In this document: positions 49,114 through 58,617 of the stretch, piece after piece
Position numbering within the stretch: the first letter of the stretch is position 1
Layout of the letters: every line of letters begins with the position of its first letter
IMG/VR virus record: IMGVR_UViG_3300008117_004657
Location: 8,978-72,977 of that record
Strand: one strand, 5' to 3'
DNA length: 64,000 bases
From: a virus
Notes under the pieces: model-generated
Database searches by the model: none
The model's input: the letters and a program-made list of their open reading frames with translations, nothing else
What the model was told of the DNA's origin: nothing
Position numbers and translations under genes: made by a program

Positions 49114-49926
49114 TTATTCAATTCCTAAAGAGGTTTTGAGTTTCGCAGTTCCTATTTTATTGGCAATTAGACTTTTCTCAGTACTTCCTGAATTTTGAAG
49201 CCCATTTAATATCTGGAAATCTTTTAAAATTTGTTGGGAAGTATAAAAATAGTTCTCATCTTCAGTTCTTCTTGTATAAAGTAATGTATTTGCGGTGTTT
49301 ATAATCACGTTCATTGCATTTACTTCAGATGTGTTTAGTGAAGAAGGTACGGTCTGTAATGAATTTTTTGTATTTCCTATACTCCAATTATTAGCAGACA
49401 ACTCGTCCTCAATATATAAACTAGTAAATTGATTCAAGATAGGAGTGGAATTTCTAACATTATCAGTTGTTCCTAGTATCGTTAGTAACATTCCACCAGA
49501 TCCAACACAATCTTGATAATTAGGTTTTATAACTCCTGTAGAAGAATCAAAATAACTTTCCGAAACACCCGATATTCTATTTGTATGTTGTAAAAATAAA
49601 TTTAATTGAGTTACCAAATTATTAGAAGAATTGGCTAGATTCTGTACGGCAGCCGTTGAAGATGGATAATTATTGGCTGGATCCGAAGTGCATAAAGTTA
49701 TTATTAAATTTAAATTAGAAGATATACTAGAAACATAAGATGCAACAGGATTTTGAAAATAATCTGAACGTGTTACTGCACCGTTAGCTAAGTCACTAGC
49801 TGCCCAAGAACTTATTTTTATAGGACCAGTATTTAAAAAAGCTTTAGCTCTATCACTTAAATTGATATCATCACCGAATTTGGTCGAATTGAAAGTAGTT
49901 GTTAATCTATTTAAAACATTTGCCAT
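49114..49926 (-). CDS. Hypothetical (probable structural) protein
   Basis: 270-aa Asn/Ser-rich ORF between gp5-C and gp25. Confidence 0.65.
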   Translation of the reverse strand: MANVLNRLTTTFNSTKFGDDINLSDRAKAFLNTGPIKISSWAASDLANGAVTRSDYFQNPVASYVSSISSNLNLIITLCTSDPANNYPSSTAAVQNLANSSNNLVTQLNLFLQHTNRISGVSESYFDSSTGVIKPNYQDCVGSGGMLLTILGTTDNVRNSTPILNQFTSLYIEDELSANNWSIGNTKNSLQTVPSSLNTSEVNAMNVIINTANTLLYTRRTEDENYFYTSQQILKDFQILNGLQNSGSTEKSLIANKIGTAKLKTSLGIE

Positions 49927-50738
49927 TATAAAGCTCCTATGCTAGGAATTCCAGTAACTCCTCCAGAATCTCCTGGATGAAAATGATATGTATACGCATG
50001 TCTGAATATCTGTATTGGTCCAACAATATCGTTCAAAACGGGTGCTGTAACCGAAGAAAGTGACGAAATAGGACCAGCAGAATATATTCCAGGCAAAATA
50101 GGACCTGCGTCGGGAAGGCCAACTAAAACTCCAGTAGGAGTTACTAATCCTAAAGCACCAAAAACTTTTTTACTTGCTATTATATTTTCAGAACAAGCAA
50201 TAGGTCCTGTAGAAGATATTCCTCCGTTTACTGTTAAATCACCTTCGACATGAACCGAAAAAGGAGCATTTAAATTAATTTGTCCAGTTAAACCGCCAGC
50301 TGTTATATTTACATCTGCTTCTGAAGTTAAATTTACCTCACCGGTGACAACAGCGTCCATCTGACCTTCAATGTTTTGATAAACATTACCTTCAATGTTT
50401 TGATAAACATCTCCCTTAACATTTAACTTAGAGTCACCTTCTATAGTCACAGAGCAATAACCTTTTATCAAAACATGATTGTTCTTAACAACTATTTCAT
50501 AATTATCACCAATAATTTTATGTATCTCGGTTCCATCAGATTGTATTTCAGTATAATTTCCTATTCTATGTTGTAATCTTATTCGTTCAAACGATGGGGT
50601 ATCATCCATCTCAACAAAATGTCCAGAATCAGAATAAAATCCTTTTACATGAGGATAAACTGAATTATTTGCTTGAGAATCGGGTTCATACCAAGTACTA
50701 TCACCTTCTGGTTTTTTAACTTCTGTATCTGCCATCAC
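49926..50738 (-). CDS. gp5: Baseplate central spike gp5, C-terminal beta-helix part
   Basis: YPH…SGHFVEMDDTPSFERIRLQHRIG, VxG beta-helix repeats and terminal HFH. Confidence 0.82.
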   Translation of the reverse strand: MMADTEVKKPEGDSTWYEPDSQANNSVYPHVKGFYSDSGHFVEMDDTPSFERIRLQHRIGNYTEIQSDGTEIHKIIGDNYEIVVKNNHVLIKGYCSVTIEGDSKLNVKGDVYQNIEGNVYQNIEGQMDAVVTGEVNLTSEADVNITAGGLTGQINLNAPFSVHVEGDLTVNGGISSTGPIACSENIIASKKVFGALGLVTPTGVLVGLPDAGPILPGIYSAGPISSLSSVTAPVLNDIVGPIQIFRHAYTYHFHPGDSGGVTGIPSIGAL

Positions 50739-52546
50739 TATACCTTTTCAAATGTTGCTTCTATCGCTTTAATTTCTGTATACACTATCGCTGTTGCTTC
50801 TACTGTTTCTGTTGCTGTTTGAATTGTACTTTGCGTTTGTTTTACCAAATCAGTTACCTCGGAAAAAGATACACTTCCACCACTATCACCAGTCAAAGAC
50901 AATGATTCGGAAAAAGCATCATTTAATGAATTGAAAAAGTGATTCAAACAGTCTTGTAATAAAACTAAAAGTCTTGCTGGTAAACTTAATATCCAATTTA
51001 TTAATTGTCTTATTTGTGCCGTAATTTTTGCAATCTCCAAAACTATCTCATTTATAAATTTTAAAAACTTTTGAATACTTTTAAGAACAGCTGTTAAAAG
51101 TTTAGCCGTTTCTTTAATCCACTGAGCCGTAGCAGAATTTCCATCAATTGGAAAAAGAGCAAGTATTTTATCTCTTAACCATCTAACAGCTTGAATTATT
51201 TCTTGTCTTTTAGTAAGAATCTTTAATCTAGTTTCATAAGAAATATCACAATTCCAAGTTTTATCATTATTTGATTTTTCTATAGCTACGCTATCCGAAG
51301 GATCTATAATTGTACTCAGTTGGCCAGATTTTGAACCATTAAGATTTGTTGATTGTAAATAAGATTCTTCACTTATTCTACCTTTCGAATCTATTGGTAT
51401 TAATTTTTTTCTGTCCGGTATAGAAGGTCCAGGCTGTAATGCGTAACCAGGCAAGTAGAAAAAATATCCTGTCCAATTACCTATCAATTCTTCTTGCGTA
51501 TTATAAACTTTTCCAGAAGTTTCATCATATCGGCCAACTCTAGCATCCAATGATCTCGCCTGTTCTATAGAAGTTAAAGAATTTGGAGCATTCGGAGCCT
51601 GAGACTTTAACTCTGCAAGTTGTTTATCTATTTCTTGTATTTTAAGACTTTGTTTATCTATATCTGATTGAATGGATTTTTTAAGATCATTTACTCTATT
51701 TAATTGATTTTTAGAATTTGAAATAAGATTAGCTAAAGTACTTTCTGCATCAAATAAATTACGATTTAATAACCCTAATCTATCTACTAATTTTGTTCTT
51801 TCAGATAGTTGTTCAGCGGTAACTTCATCAGTATATTGTTCTAATGTTAAACCATTCTTTTTTTCATCACTATTATCATAAGTTACAATAGCAAAATTTC
51901 TTAAAGATTTTATGTTTGTATCCAACTGTTCAATTCTACTGTCGTAAGATTGACCAGATATTGGACCAATTGAACCAACATCATTTAAAAAATTATCACG
52001 TTCAAGTTTTAAGTTTTCAATAGTAGAAGTATAAGCAACTTCATCTATAGGTGAAACTTGATATTTTTCTTCATCCGTATTTAAAGCATTTAATTCTTCT
52101 AGGTTAGCATTTAACTGACCTTCTAATTGTTTTTTTTCAAATTCTAAATCAGATATTTTATTTTTAATCGTTGAATAGTCCACCGGACTTTCATTTAAAA
52201 ATTTTTGATTTTCACTATCATATTTTAGATAAAGTCTTGGATCTCTATTTCCAGTTATTTTTAAGTAAGGAGAAGGTGAATGCCACTCTAAAGCATCTTG
52301 AGCAGCAAACGATCTCATTGCATTTCCAAAAGAAAATTTATATCTGACTTTTATTGGAGTCCATATTTTTGGAATAGAAACAACATTTGGAGATTGTGTT
52401 GAAAATGCCCAAGGAAGATTTTCGAAAGGAGTTTTAATTCCAGTTATATCATGTACACCGTAAATGAAAACTTGAAGTCGACCTATTCCAAGTGGGTCAG
52501 CATTATTCACAACTATAGCATCTCGTTCTACAACTTGCATCGTCAT
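50738..52546 (-). CDS. Baseplate spike gp5 N-terminal (OB-fold) part with long coiled-coil insertion
   Basis: DPLGIGRLQVFIYGVH…LPWA at the N-terminus, followed by heptad-rich segments. No lysozyme motif seen. Confidence 0.7.
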   Translation of the reverse strand: MTMQVVERDAIVVNNADPLGIGRLQVFIYGVHDITGIKTPFENLPWAFSTQSPNVVSIPKIWTPIKVRYKFSFGNAMRSFAAQDALEWHSPSPYLKITGNRDPRLYLKYDSENQKFLNESPVDYSTIKNKISDLEFEKKQLEGQLNANLEELNALNTDEEKYQVSPIDEVAYTSTIENLKLERDNFLNDVGSIGPISGQSYDSRIEQLDTNIKSLRNFAIVTYDNSDEKKNGLTLEQYTDEVTAEQLSERTKLVDRLGLLNRNLFDAESTLANLISNSKNQLNRVNDLKKSIQSDIDKQSLKIQEIDKQLAELKSQAPNAPNSLTSIEQARSLDARVGRYDETSGKVYNTQEELIGNWTGYFFYLPGYALQPGPSIPDRKKLIPIDSKGRISEESYLQSTNLNGSKSGQLSTIIDPSDSVAIEKSNNDKTWNCDISYETRLKILTKRQEIIQAVRWLRDKILALFPIDGNSATAQWIKETAKLLTAVLKSIQKFLKFINEIVLEIAKITAQIRQLINWILSLPARLLVLLQDCLNHFFNSLNDAFSESLSLTGDSGGSVSFSEVTDLVKQTQSTIQTATETVEATAIVYTEIKAIEATFEKV

Positions 52547-52567
52547 ATATTTTACCTTTTAATTTTT

Positions 52568-53920
52568 TTATGCAAAGGATTCGTGGGCATAATCAACAAC
52601 TCCAATCATTTTATCACTCATATCGCTTCTATTTGAACTGTTTGTACAAGCTTCAAAAATAGTCTCATGTTTATTGTCAGGAGTTAATTTGTGTCTAGCT
52701 GCAATCACCAAATAGTGTCCATACAAAGTTCTATCCAAATTATTTTCGCCAGGAATTTTTTCTGAAAATTTTGGTATATTTAAATATACGTTTACTCCAG
52801 ACGAAACAGCAAAATTTCCAGGAATAACTAACTTAACTCTTTGAGAAAAGAGATTTGTAAATATTGATTTCCGTTGAAATAATATTTGTTCGTAATTTAT
52901 CTTTTTCTCAAATTCACCAGGACTATTTTCTTTAACATCATTTAAAGAACTAGTTACTAAACTGGTTGAACCTTCAACAATACTAGATTCAGAAAAAGTG
53001 TTTAAAATATCACCATCAGTAAGTTTTAAATTTGCTACAGCTGGGCCATTATTTCTGGAATTTTTAGGATGATTTATAGAATTATAATCAAAATTTAATT
53101 CCATACTTTGTCCTATATTTCTATCATATCCAATAAATTTACCAGAATAAACTCCATTTTTAATGTTTGTTAATATATCAAATTGTTGAATTACTTGAAA
53201 ATATCTAGCCCCTAACATATCCTTGGATTCGTCTGAGCTATTTAAATTTTTAGGATCAAAATTTATATTTACAACAGATTCTTTATTTAACAAATTACTC
53301 AAACTTGTAAAATTATAACCAAAAATATTTTCATAAAATAAGAAACAAGGCCTGTGTTCCATATCAATAGACAATTTTGCTATCCACAATATAGCATCAA
53401 TTGGATTTAAATATAGAGGAACTATTACGTCTCTAATTCCTAAAGAATCATTAAATTCTCCTCCTTTAATTTTTTCTTCAGGAGTTTTCATATAATCTCT
53501 AAGTATTTTAAGAGTTGTATTAGTATAAGTTGTATTTAAAAAACACTGACCAACTTTTTTAAACTGAGATGTTATATATTCTTCAGAAATGAAATGAAGT
53601 ATATAAGTTTCTTTATTTTGATTAACGACCGTTCTATCAGATTGTTTATAAATCCTAAACATTCTTTTAATGTCCAACAAATCATCATCAACTTTACCAA
53701 TATGAATTTTTAAAAAATCGTTACCATCAAATAAAAAGGAATCCGATAGCCCAGAAGAATCTTCTATTAATATATTTCCAGTTAAACAAGGTTGCAGTAT
53801 AGAATCAAAAATATTTAATTCTTTATAGTGACCAATAAGAGTTCTTTCAGTTTTATCTTTTGCAACTAGACTTAGTTCTTTTATTCTAAATCCAGTTGAA
53901 ATTAAGTAATCATAGCTCAT
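52568..53920 (-). CDS. Putative baseplate hub protein (gp27-like)
   Basis: LNIFDSILQPCLTGNILIED, YILHFISEE, FLFYEN, IPGNF and LYGHYLVIAARH. Lies between gp53 and gp5. Confidence 0.65.
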   Translation of the reverse strand: MSYDYLISTGFRIKELSLVAKDKTERTLIGHYKELNIFDSILQPCLTGNILIEDSSGLSDSFLFDGNDFLKIHIGKVDDDLLDIKRMFRIYKQSDRTVVNQNKETYILHFISEEYITSQFKKVGQCFLNTTYTNTTLKILRDYMKTPEEKIKGGEFNDSLGIRDVIVPLYLNPIDAILWIAKLSIDMEHRPCFLFYENIFGYNFTSLSNLLNKESVVNINFDPKNLNSSDESKDMLGARYFQVIQQFDILTNIKNGVYSGKFIGYDRNIGQSMELNFDYNSINHPKNSRNNGPAVANLKLTDGDILNTFSESSIVEGSTSLVTSSLNDVKENSPGEFEKKINYEQILFQRKSIFTNLFSQRVKLVIPGNFAVSSGVNVYLNIPKFSEKIPGENNLDRTLYGHYLVIAARHKLTPDNKHETIFEACTNSSNRSDMSDKMIGVVDYAHESFA

Positions 53921-53921
53921 A

Positions 53922-54575
53922 TTATTTTGTTAATTCTTTAAACTCTTTTTCCAATAAAGGAACAAATTCTGTTTTTAATAATTTAATTTTTCTTTTGTTT
54001 TCATTATTTTCTAATTCGTATTCATAATAAGTTTTTGATCCTCTTGTTTTTTTAAGTTCTATTTGTGTACTGTCACTTAACGTATAGTTATTAGTTGTTA
54101 CTGGAGATGTATTAGCATAGTCTTGTTGAGTTATAATTAAAGTTTTTTCTGTATATTCTCCCGTACTAATTACGGTATTTTTTTCTTTTATAAAATACTC
54201 TTTTATATTGGATTTTGACCAAGATAAACCGCTTACTGAAGTGTTAGCAGAGTCAGCATAATTATTTGCAGAATATTTTGAATTAATATATTTGTTTAAA
54301 GTTATGTAATTCATTGGCCAGTCAATTAATGGATTAATTATATTATTAACCATCAATATTATCCAATGTCTTTCCGAGGAATTATAAAATTTATCAGCTA
54401 AAATTTCTGGAGTTTCTCCTTCGGGAACTATGTAATCATAATACACAACAGAATTTTCTTTGAATCCTTCATTAAATTTAAACTTAAAAGTTAAATTCGT
54501 TATAATATCTAAAGAGGGTTGATCTCTATCAGAAAAATAAACAACTTTAGGAAAGTAATTAAAAAATTTTGCCAT
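53922..54575 (-). CDS. gp53: Baseplate wedge subunit gp53
   Basis: FFNYFP, GETPEILADKFY…HWIILMVNNIINP…DWP and YEYELENNENKRKIKLL. Confidence 0.88.
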   Translation of the reverse strand: MAKFFNYFPKVVYFSDRDQPSLDIITNLTFKFKFNEGFKENSVVYYDYIVPEGETPEILADKFYNSSERHWIILMVNNIINPLIDWPMNYITLNKYINSKYSANNYADSANTSVSGLSWSKSNIKEYFIKEKNTVISTGEYTEKTLIITQQDYANTSPVTTNNYTLSDSTQIELKKTRGSKTYYEYELENNENKRKIKLLKTEFVPLLEKEFKELTK

Positions 54576-54586
54576 TTAATAGCGCC

Positions 54587-55876
54587 TTATCTTAAATCTT
54601 TAGATTCATTATAACGAGTTTCAATAGAACCACTACTGTCAGAAGTAAAGTCTGTTGTAACGACATTATTAAAATTGTCTTTAGTCAGAATTTCTGTTTC
54701 TTGGAAATTCAGTGATAACTTTATGCCTACTGGCATACCAGTTTTTCCTAATGCTGGAGCTCCACCATTTTCAGGAACTTCATACGCAGACCAACCGTTT
54801 GGAGCATAATCAGTGTCTATAGACGTTAAAACACAAGTTGAAATTCTAGGTATGTTAGGATTAATTCTACCATTGTAGTAAAATTCAATATCAAACTCTG
54901 AAGGAGGCACCATAAAAAAACCTCCTAATGCGCCTATACCTTCTTTGAAAATTTCTGGTGCTTGATGAAATCTTAATCTGTTTAATATTCTTTGTACTTC
55001 AAGAGCTTCTTTAGAACTTCTAGGATATAACATAAAATCAAATCTAAATTCTCTAAAAGAAGGAGAAGTATATATCATTTCGAGTTGGGGATTTAGAACT
55101 GTACCTGTTCCTGCTGCAAAAATTCCTGCACCAGCATTTCCAAATTTATTTTTTAATACACTATTCAAAATAAAAGGTGTTAAATTTTTGACAGCATCTT
55201 CAATTTTTTTATCAGAATTTTTTATTTGACTGTAACCAGCAGTTGCTGCTGCCAAATACGCTAATGGTGAAGCACCAAATTCCATTGTAGAATATTGTTG
55301 ATTATTTGTAAAATTTAATGTATCGGGCATATAGAAAGCAATACTGTCTGTAGTTCTTTCTATTGTTCTTAATCCTCTGTCTGATCCTAATAAACTAAAA
55401 ACTTCTTTAGTTGCGGTAGCTATTCCTTTTCCAACAGAACTTCCTCCTTCAAGAGCATTTTCTAATGGAGCTCGAAACTGCTCATCCATATTTTCAATTC
55501 TGGCAGCTGCCTTTTCAGTAAACAAAGAGGCCTGTTTTTCCATGTAACCACCAATAACTTTTGCAATATCAGATTTGCCAACATCTTGTGCTATTTCAGT
55601 GAATCCTGAAATTGTTTGAGAGATTGGACTTTTAATTCCAGTATTTTGTTGATTTTGTAAAATAGTTGGTAAATCTCCAGAAAGTTCTTTTTTGAATCTA
55701 GTTTTCACCTGTTGATTGATATGAATGACCATATAGTGGCCTTTATCTAGAGATCCTATGTCTATAGGATATCTTAACACATTAGACATGTACTTTTTAT
55801 TAGGCAAAAGATCACTAGATTTGAATCCTTTTTGCTTGTCTGATATCTTGATGTCAGTTAAAGTAAAGAACGCCAT
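54587..55876 (-). CDS. gp48: Baseplate tail-tube cap gp48-like
   Basis: LRYPID, YMPDTL, NPQLEMIYTSPSFREFRFDF, CVLTSIDTDYAP and LNFQETEILTK. Start re-called at ATG 55876 (AAGGA Shine-Dalgarno) rather than 55951. Confidence 0.8.
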   Translation of the reverse strand: MAFFTLTDIKISDKQKGFKSSDLLPNKKYMSNVLRYPIDIGSLDKGHYMVIHINQQVKTRFKKELSGDLPTILQNQQNTGIKSPISQTISGFTEIAQDVGKSDIAKVIGGYMEKQASLFTEKAAARIENMDEQFRAPLENALEGGSSVGKGIATATKEVFSLLGSDRGLRTIERTTDSIAFYMPDTLNFTNNQQYSTMEFGASPLAYLAAATAGYSQIKNSDKKIEDAVKNLTPFILNSVLKNKFGNAGAGIFAAGTGTVLNPQLEMIYTSPSFREFRFDFMLYPRSSKEALEVQRILNRLRFHQAPEIFKEGIGALGGFFMVPPSEFDIEFYYNGRINPNIPRISTCVLTSIDTDYAPNGWSAYEVPENGGAPALGKTGMPVGIKLSLNFQETEILTKDNFNNVVTTDFTSDSSGSIETRYNESKDLR

Positions 55877-55904
55877 ACGATTCCTTTTCGAATATATAAT
55901 ATTT

Positions 55905-56339
55905 ATGCCATATTCAGGAAAGTTTACCCCTAAGAATCCAACAAAGTACAACGGAGATGCGACAAATATAATTTATCGTTCTTCGTGGGAACTCTATGTC
56001 ATGAAATATCTTGATGAAAATCCTATGGTAACATGGTGGGCATCAGAAGAACTTTTCATACCGTATCGAAATCCAATCGACAAAAAGATGCATCGTTACT
56101 TTCCAGATTTTGTTGTTAAAACGAAGAAAAAAGACGGAACCGTGATGACTTACATACTCGAAGTAAAGCCAGAATCTCAAACTAAGTTACCTAAACAAAA
56201 AAGAAAAACAAAAAGGTTTTTACAAGAGGCTGCGACATATGCGATCAATCAGGAAAAATGGAAAGCAGCAGACCTGTTCTGTAAAGAACACGGTTGGAAG
56301 TTTCTCATACTCACAGAAAACGATCTGGGTCTAGTATAA
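55905..56339 (+). CDS. gp4: Head completion nuclease gp4
   Basis: YSGKFTPKNPTKYNGD…YRSSWE…WASEE…HRYFPDF…EVKP…NQEKWKAA. Start re-called at ATG 55905. Confidence 0.9.
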   Translation: MPYSGKFTPKNPTKYNGDATNIIYRSSWELYVMKYLDENPMVTWWASEELFIPYRNPIDKKMHRYFPDFVVKTKKKDGTVMTYILEVKPESQTKLPKQKRKTKRFLQEAATYAINQEKWKAADLFCKEHGWKFLILTENDLGLV

Positions 56340-56342
56340 ATA
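56335..56342 (+). promoter_or_regulatory. T4-type late promoter
   Basis: Exact TATAAATA just upstream of the gp2 ATG (56347). Confidence 0.7.
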
Positions 56343-56346
56343 GTCG

Positions 56347-56937
56347 ATGGCATATTTAATCGACAGAATTCAAGCATCACTTCAGAAAGAAGGTTACGCT
56401 GCTAGATCAAGAGAATCTAGAGATTGGTTACGCACGAAGGTTGAAAATTTAAAACCAACAAAAGCCAGTCTAATGAACGATATGGCAAGGTTGCGTGAAC
56501 GTAGTATTGTTGGTAGAATGTATTTTTTCTTTTACGATCCTAAAACAAAAGAAAAAATGAAATATTATGATAGGTTTCCTTTAGTTCTACCAATAGAACC
56601 TTATACCGATGGTTTTTTAGGACTGAATTTGCATTATATTCATCCTAAGCAAAGAATAATACTAATGGATAAACTCAGTTCTTATGCCAATAATGACAAA
56701 TTTGACAAAACCACAAAATTAAAATTAACATATCAAACATTGAAATCTGCATCAAAAATATTTGAAAAAAATGCTTGTATAAAAAGATATCTGTTTACAC
56801 AAATACAATCAAGATTTTTAGAAATAAGTGCTGAAGAATGGGATATAGCTGTTTTACTTCCAATGGAAGATTTTACATCCAATAAAAAACCCGTTTCTAA
56901 ATTTCAAGTTTTTCAAGATTCTAAGGATACATTCTAA
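56347..56937 (+). CDS. gp2: DNA end protector protein gp2
   Basis: GRMYFFFYDPKTK…YYDRFPLV…GFLGLNLHY…CIKRYL…W…LP. Confidence 0.9.
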   Translation: MAYLIDRIQASLQKEGYAARSRESRDWLRTKVENLKPTKASLMNDMARLRERSIVGRMYFFFYDPKTKEKMKYYDRFPLVLPIEPYTDGFLGLNLHYIHPKQRIILMDKLSSYANNDKFDKTTKLKLTYQTLKSASKIFEKNACIKRYLFTQIQSRFLEISAEEWDIAVLLPMEDFTSNKKPVSKFQVFQDSKDTF

Positions 56938-57686
56938 TGTCTTTTACACCAACATTGTTTCTCTCCAACTTACGATCAAAAGACGGACCAGCAAGAGCAA
57001 ATAGATTTAAAGTAATTTTACCAATTCCTCGTTACATAGGTAATTTCGTTAGTACGGGAGTGTTAGAACAATTATTAAATTTACCAAATACTCTTGTCAC
57101 CGACATTACAGATTGGGTAAGTAAAACAACCAGTTATGAAACGACAGGAGAACCATTTAGAAGAACTTCTAATCCTTCAATTACAAGATATCTCTCTTTA
57201 CAATGTGACACCGCTGAGCTCCCTGGAAAAACATTACAAACAGCTGACATAAAAATTTATGGCCCTACATTTAAAATTCCTTATCAAAAACAATATAATG
57301 ATATTAGTTTAAGTTTTATTTGTACGAATGATTTTTACGAGAGAAAGTTATTTGATCTTTGGATCGATGCAATCATGCCGTCTGATACAAATAACTTAAG
57401 ATTTCCTAAAGATGAATCGACACGTTACATGACGGATATTCAAATACTTCAGTATGATGAATTCATTAAACAAATATATTCTGTGAAATTAAGAGATGCT
57501 TTTCCTATAGGACTTGCCGCACAACCTCTAGCATGGAGTGATGATGGATATCATAGATTAACTGTTCAATTTGCGTATCAAAAATACGAACCAATTTATG
57601 AGGGATATTATGATCTCGGTGAAGCAGCAGCTTCTTATTTTGGAGCAAAGAGTACAAAATTATTTGAGAATTTCTTTAAATTTTAA
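56937..57686 (+). CDS. Tail tube-like protein (gp54/gp19 family)
   Basis: ARANRFKV, CDTAELPGKTLQT…YGP…PY, FDLW, LRDAFP and LTVQFAY. Confidence 0.75.
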   Translation: MSFTPTLFLSNLRSKDGPARANRFKVILPIPRYIGNFVSTGVLEQLLNLPNTLVTDITDWVSKTTSYETTGEPFRRTSNPSITRYLSLQCDTAELPGKTLQTADIKIYGPTFKIPYQKQYNDISLSFICTNDFYERKLFDLWIDAIMPSDTNNLRFPKDESTRYMTDIQILQYDEFIKQIYSVKLRDAFPIGLAAQPLAWSDDGYHRLTVQFAYQKYEPIYEGYYDLGEAAASYFGAKSTKLFENFFKF

Positions 57687-57697
57687 ATGGAGTTACT

Positions 57698-58426
57698 ATG
57701 TTACCTAAAATTGATGTACCTGTATATGAAATAAAATTACCTTCTACTGGTGAATTTATCAAATTTAGACCTTTTACGGTCAAAGAAGAAAAATTATTTT
57801 TGATGGCGTATGAATCAGATGATGCAAAGTATTCTGTTGATACAATAATACAAGTTTTAAATAATTGTATCATAAGTGAGATTGATATAAAAGACTTGCC
57901 AACTTTTGATATTGAATATTTGTTTTTAAATATCAGAGCTCGTTCAATTGGAGAAATAGTTAAACTAAGATATCGTTGCAACAATGATGTTGGCACAGAA
58001 GAAGATCCTAAAAAATGTAATAGTCCAGTAGAGATAGAATTAAATGTTTTAGAGATCGATCCTATTAAGAGTTTAAATCACTCAAACAAAATAGAAATTA
58101 ACGATAAATTGGGTATTTTTATGAAATATCCAAAAATGAATTTAATCAAAGACAATACTGATGTAGAAGATTTTAATGTTGTTTTAGATTTAATCATAAA
58201 TTGCATTGATTACATTTATGACGAAAATAACGTATATTATGCAAAAGATTCTTCTAAAGAAGAACTGACCGAATTCTTAGATTCTTTACAATCTAAAGAT
58301 TTGGAAAAAATTAAAGAGTTTTTTGATACTATGCCAAAACTTAAAAAGAAAGTAGATTTTCATTGTAATAAATGTGGTTATCAAGAAAATATTGAGTTAG
58401 AAGGTCTACAAAGTTTTTTCGGTTAA
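57698..58426 (+). CDS. gp26: Baseplate hub assembly protein gp26-like
   Basis: LPKIDVPVYEIKLPSTG…FRPFTVKEEK, FDIEYLFLNIRARSIGE, MKYP, FFDTMPKL, CNKC and LEGLQSFF. Confidence 0.88.
   Translation: MLPKIDVPVYEIKLPSTGEFIKFRPFTVKEEKLFLMAYESDDAKYSVDTIIQVLNNCIISEIDIKDLPTFDIEYLFLNIRARSIGEIVKLRYRCNNDVGTEEDPKKCNSPVEIELNVLEIDPIKSLNHSNKIEINDKLGIFMKYPKMNLIKDNTDVEDFNVVLDLIINCIDYIYDENNVYYAKDSSKEELTEFLDSLQSKDLEKIKEFFDTMPKLKKKVDFHCNKCGYQENIELEGLQSFFG
58414..58420 (+). promoter_or_regulatory. Candidate -1 ribosomal frameshift slippery heptamer T TTT TTC
   Basis: X XXY YYZ heptamer in the correct phase, one codon before the gp26 stop. The -1 frame is the gp51-like ORF. Confidence 0.6.
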
Positions 58427-58614
58427 TATTTGGTCATGACAACTTACAGAATCACTATCACACCAACTTTGCACTAATGCAACACCACAAGTACAGTTTA
58501 ACAGAGTTGGAAAATATGATTCCTTGGGAAAAAGATATCTATGTGAATATGTTAATGAGATATCTAGAAGAAGAAGCAGAAAGATTAAAGGCTGCACAAA
58601 ATCAAAAGAGATAA
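58414..58614 (+). CDS. gp51: gp51-like baseplate hub assembly protein, in the -1 frame of gp26 (first in-frame ATG at 58477)
   Basis: Not in the ORF track. The frame reads FFRLIFGHDNLQNHYHTNFALMQHHKYSLTELENMIPWEKDIYVNMLMRYLEEE…KR-stop. Confidence 0.8.
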   Translation, partial: FFRLIFGHDNLQNHYHTNFALMQHHKYSLTELENMIPWEKDIYVNMLMRYLEEEAERLKAAQNQKR

Positions 58615-58617
58615 TAC

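Noticed and set aside
54587-56339. Long head-to-head overlap of gp48 and gp4 as given in the ORF track
   Set aside because: Conserved N-termini place the starts at 55876 (minus) and 55905 (plus), leaving a 28-nt divergent gap.
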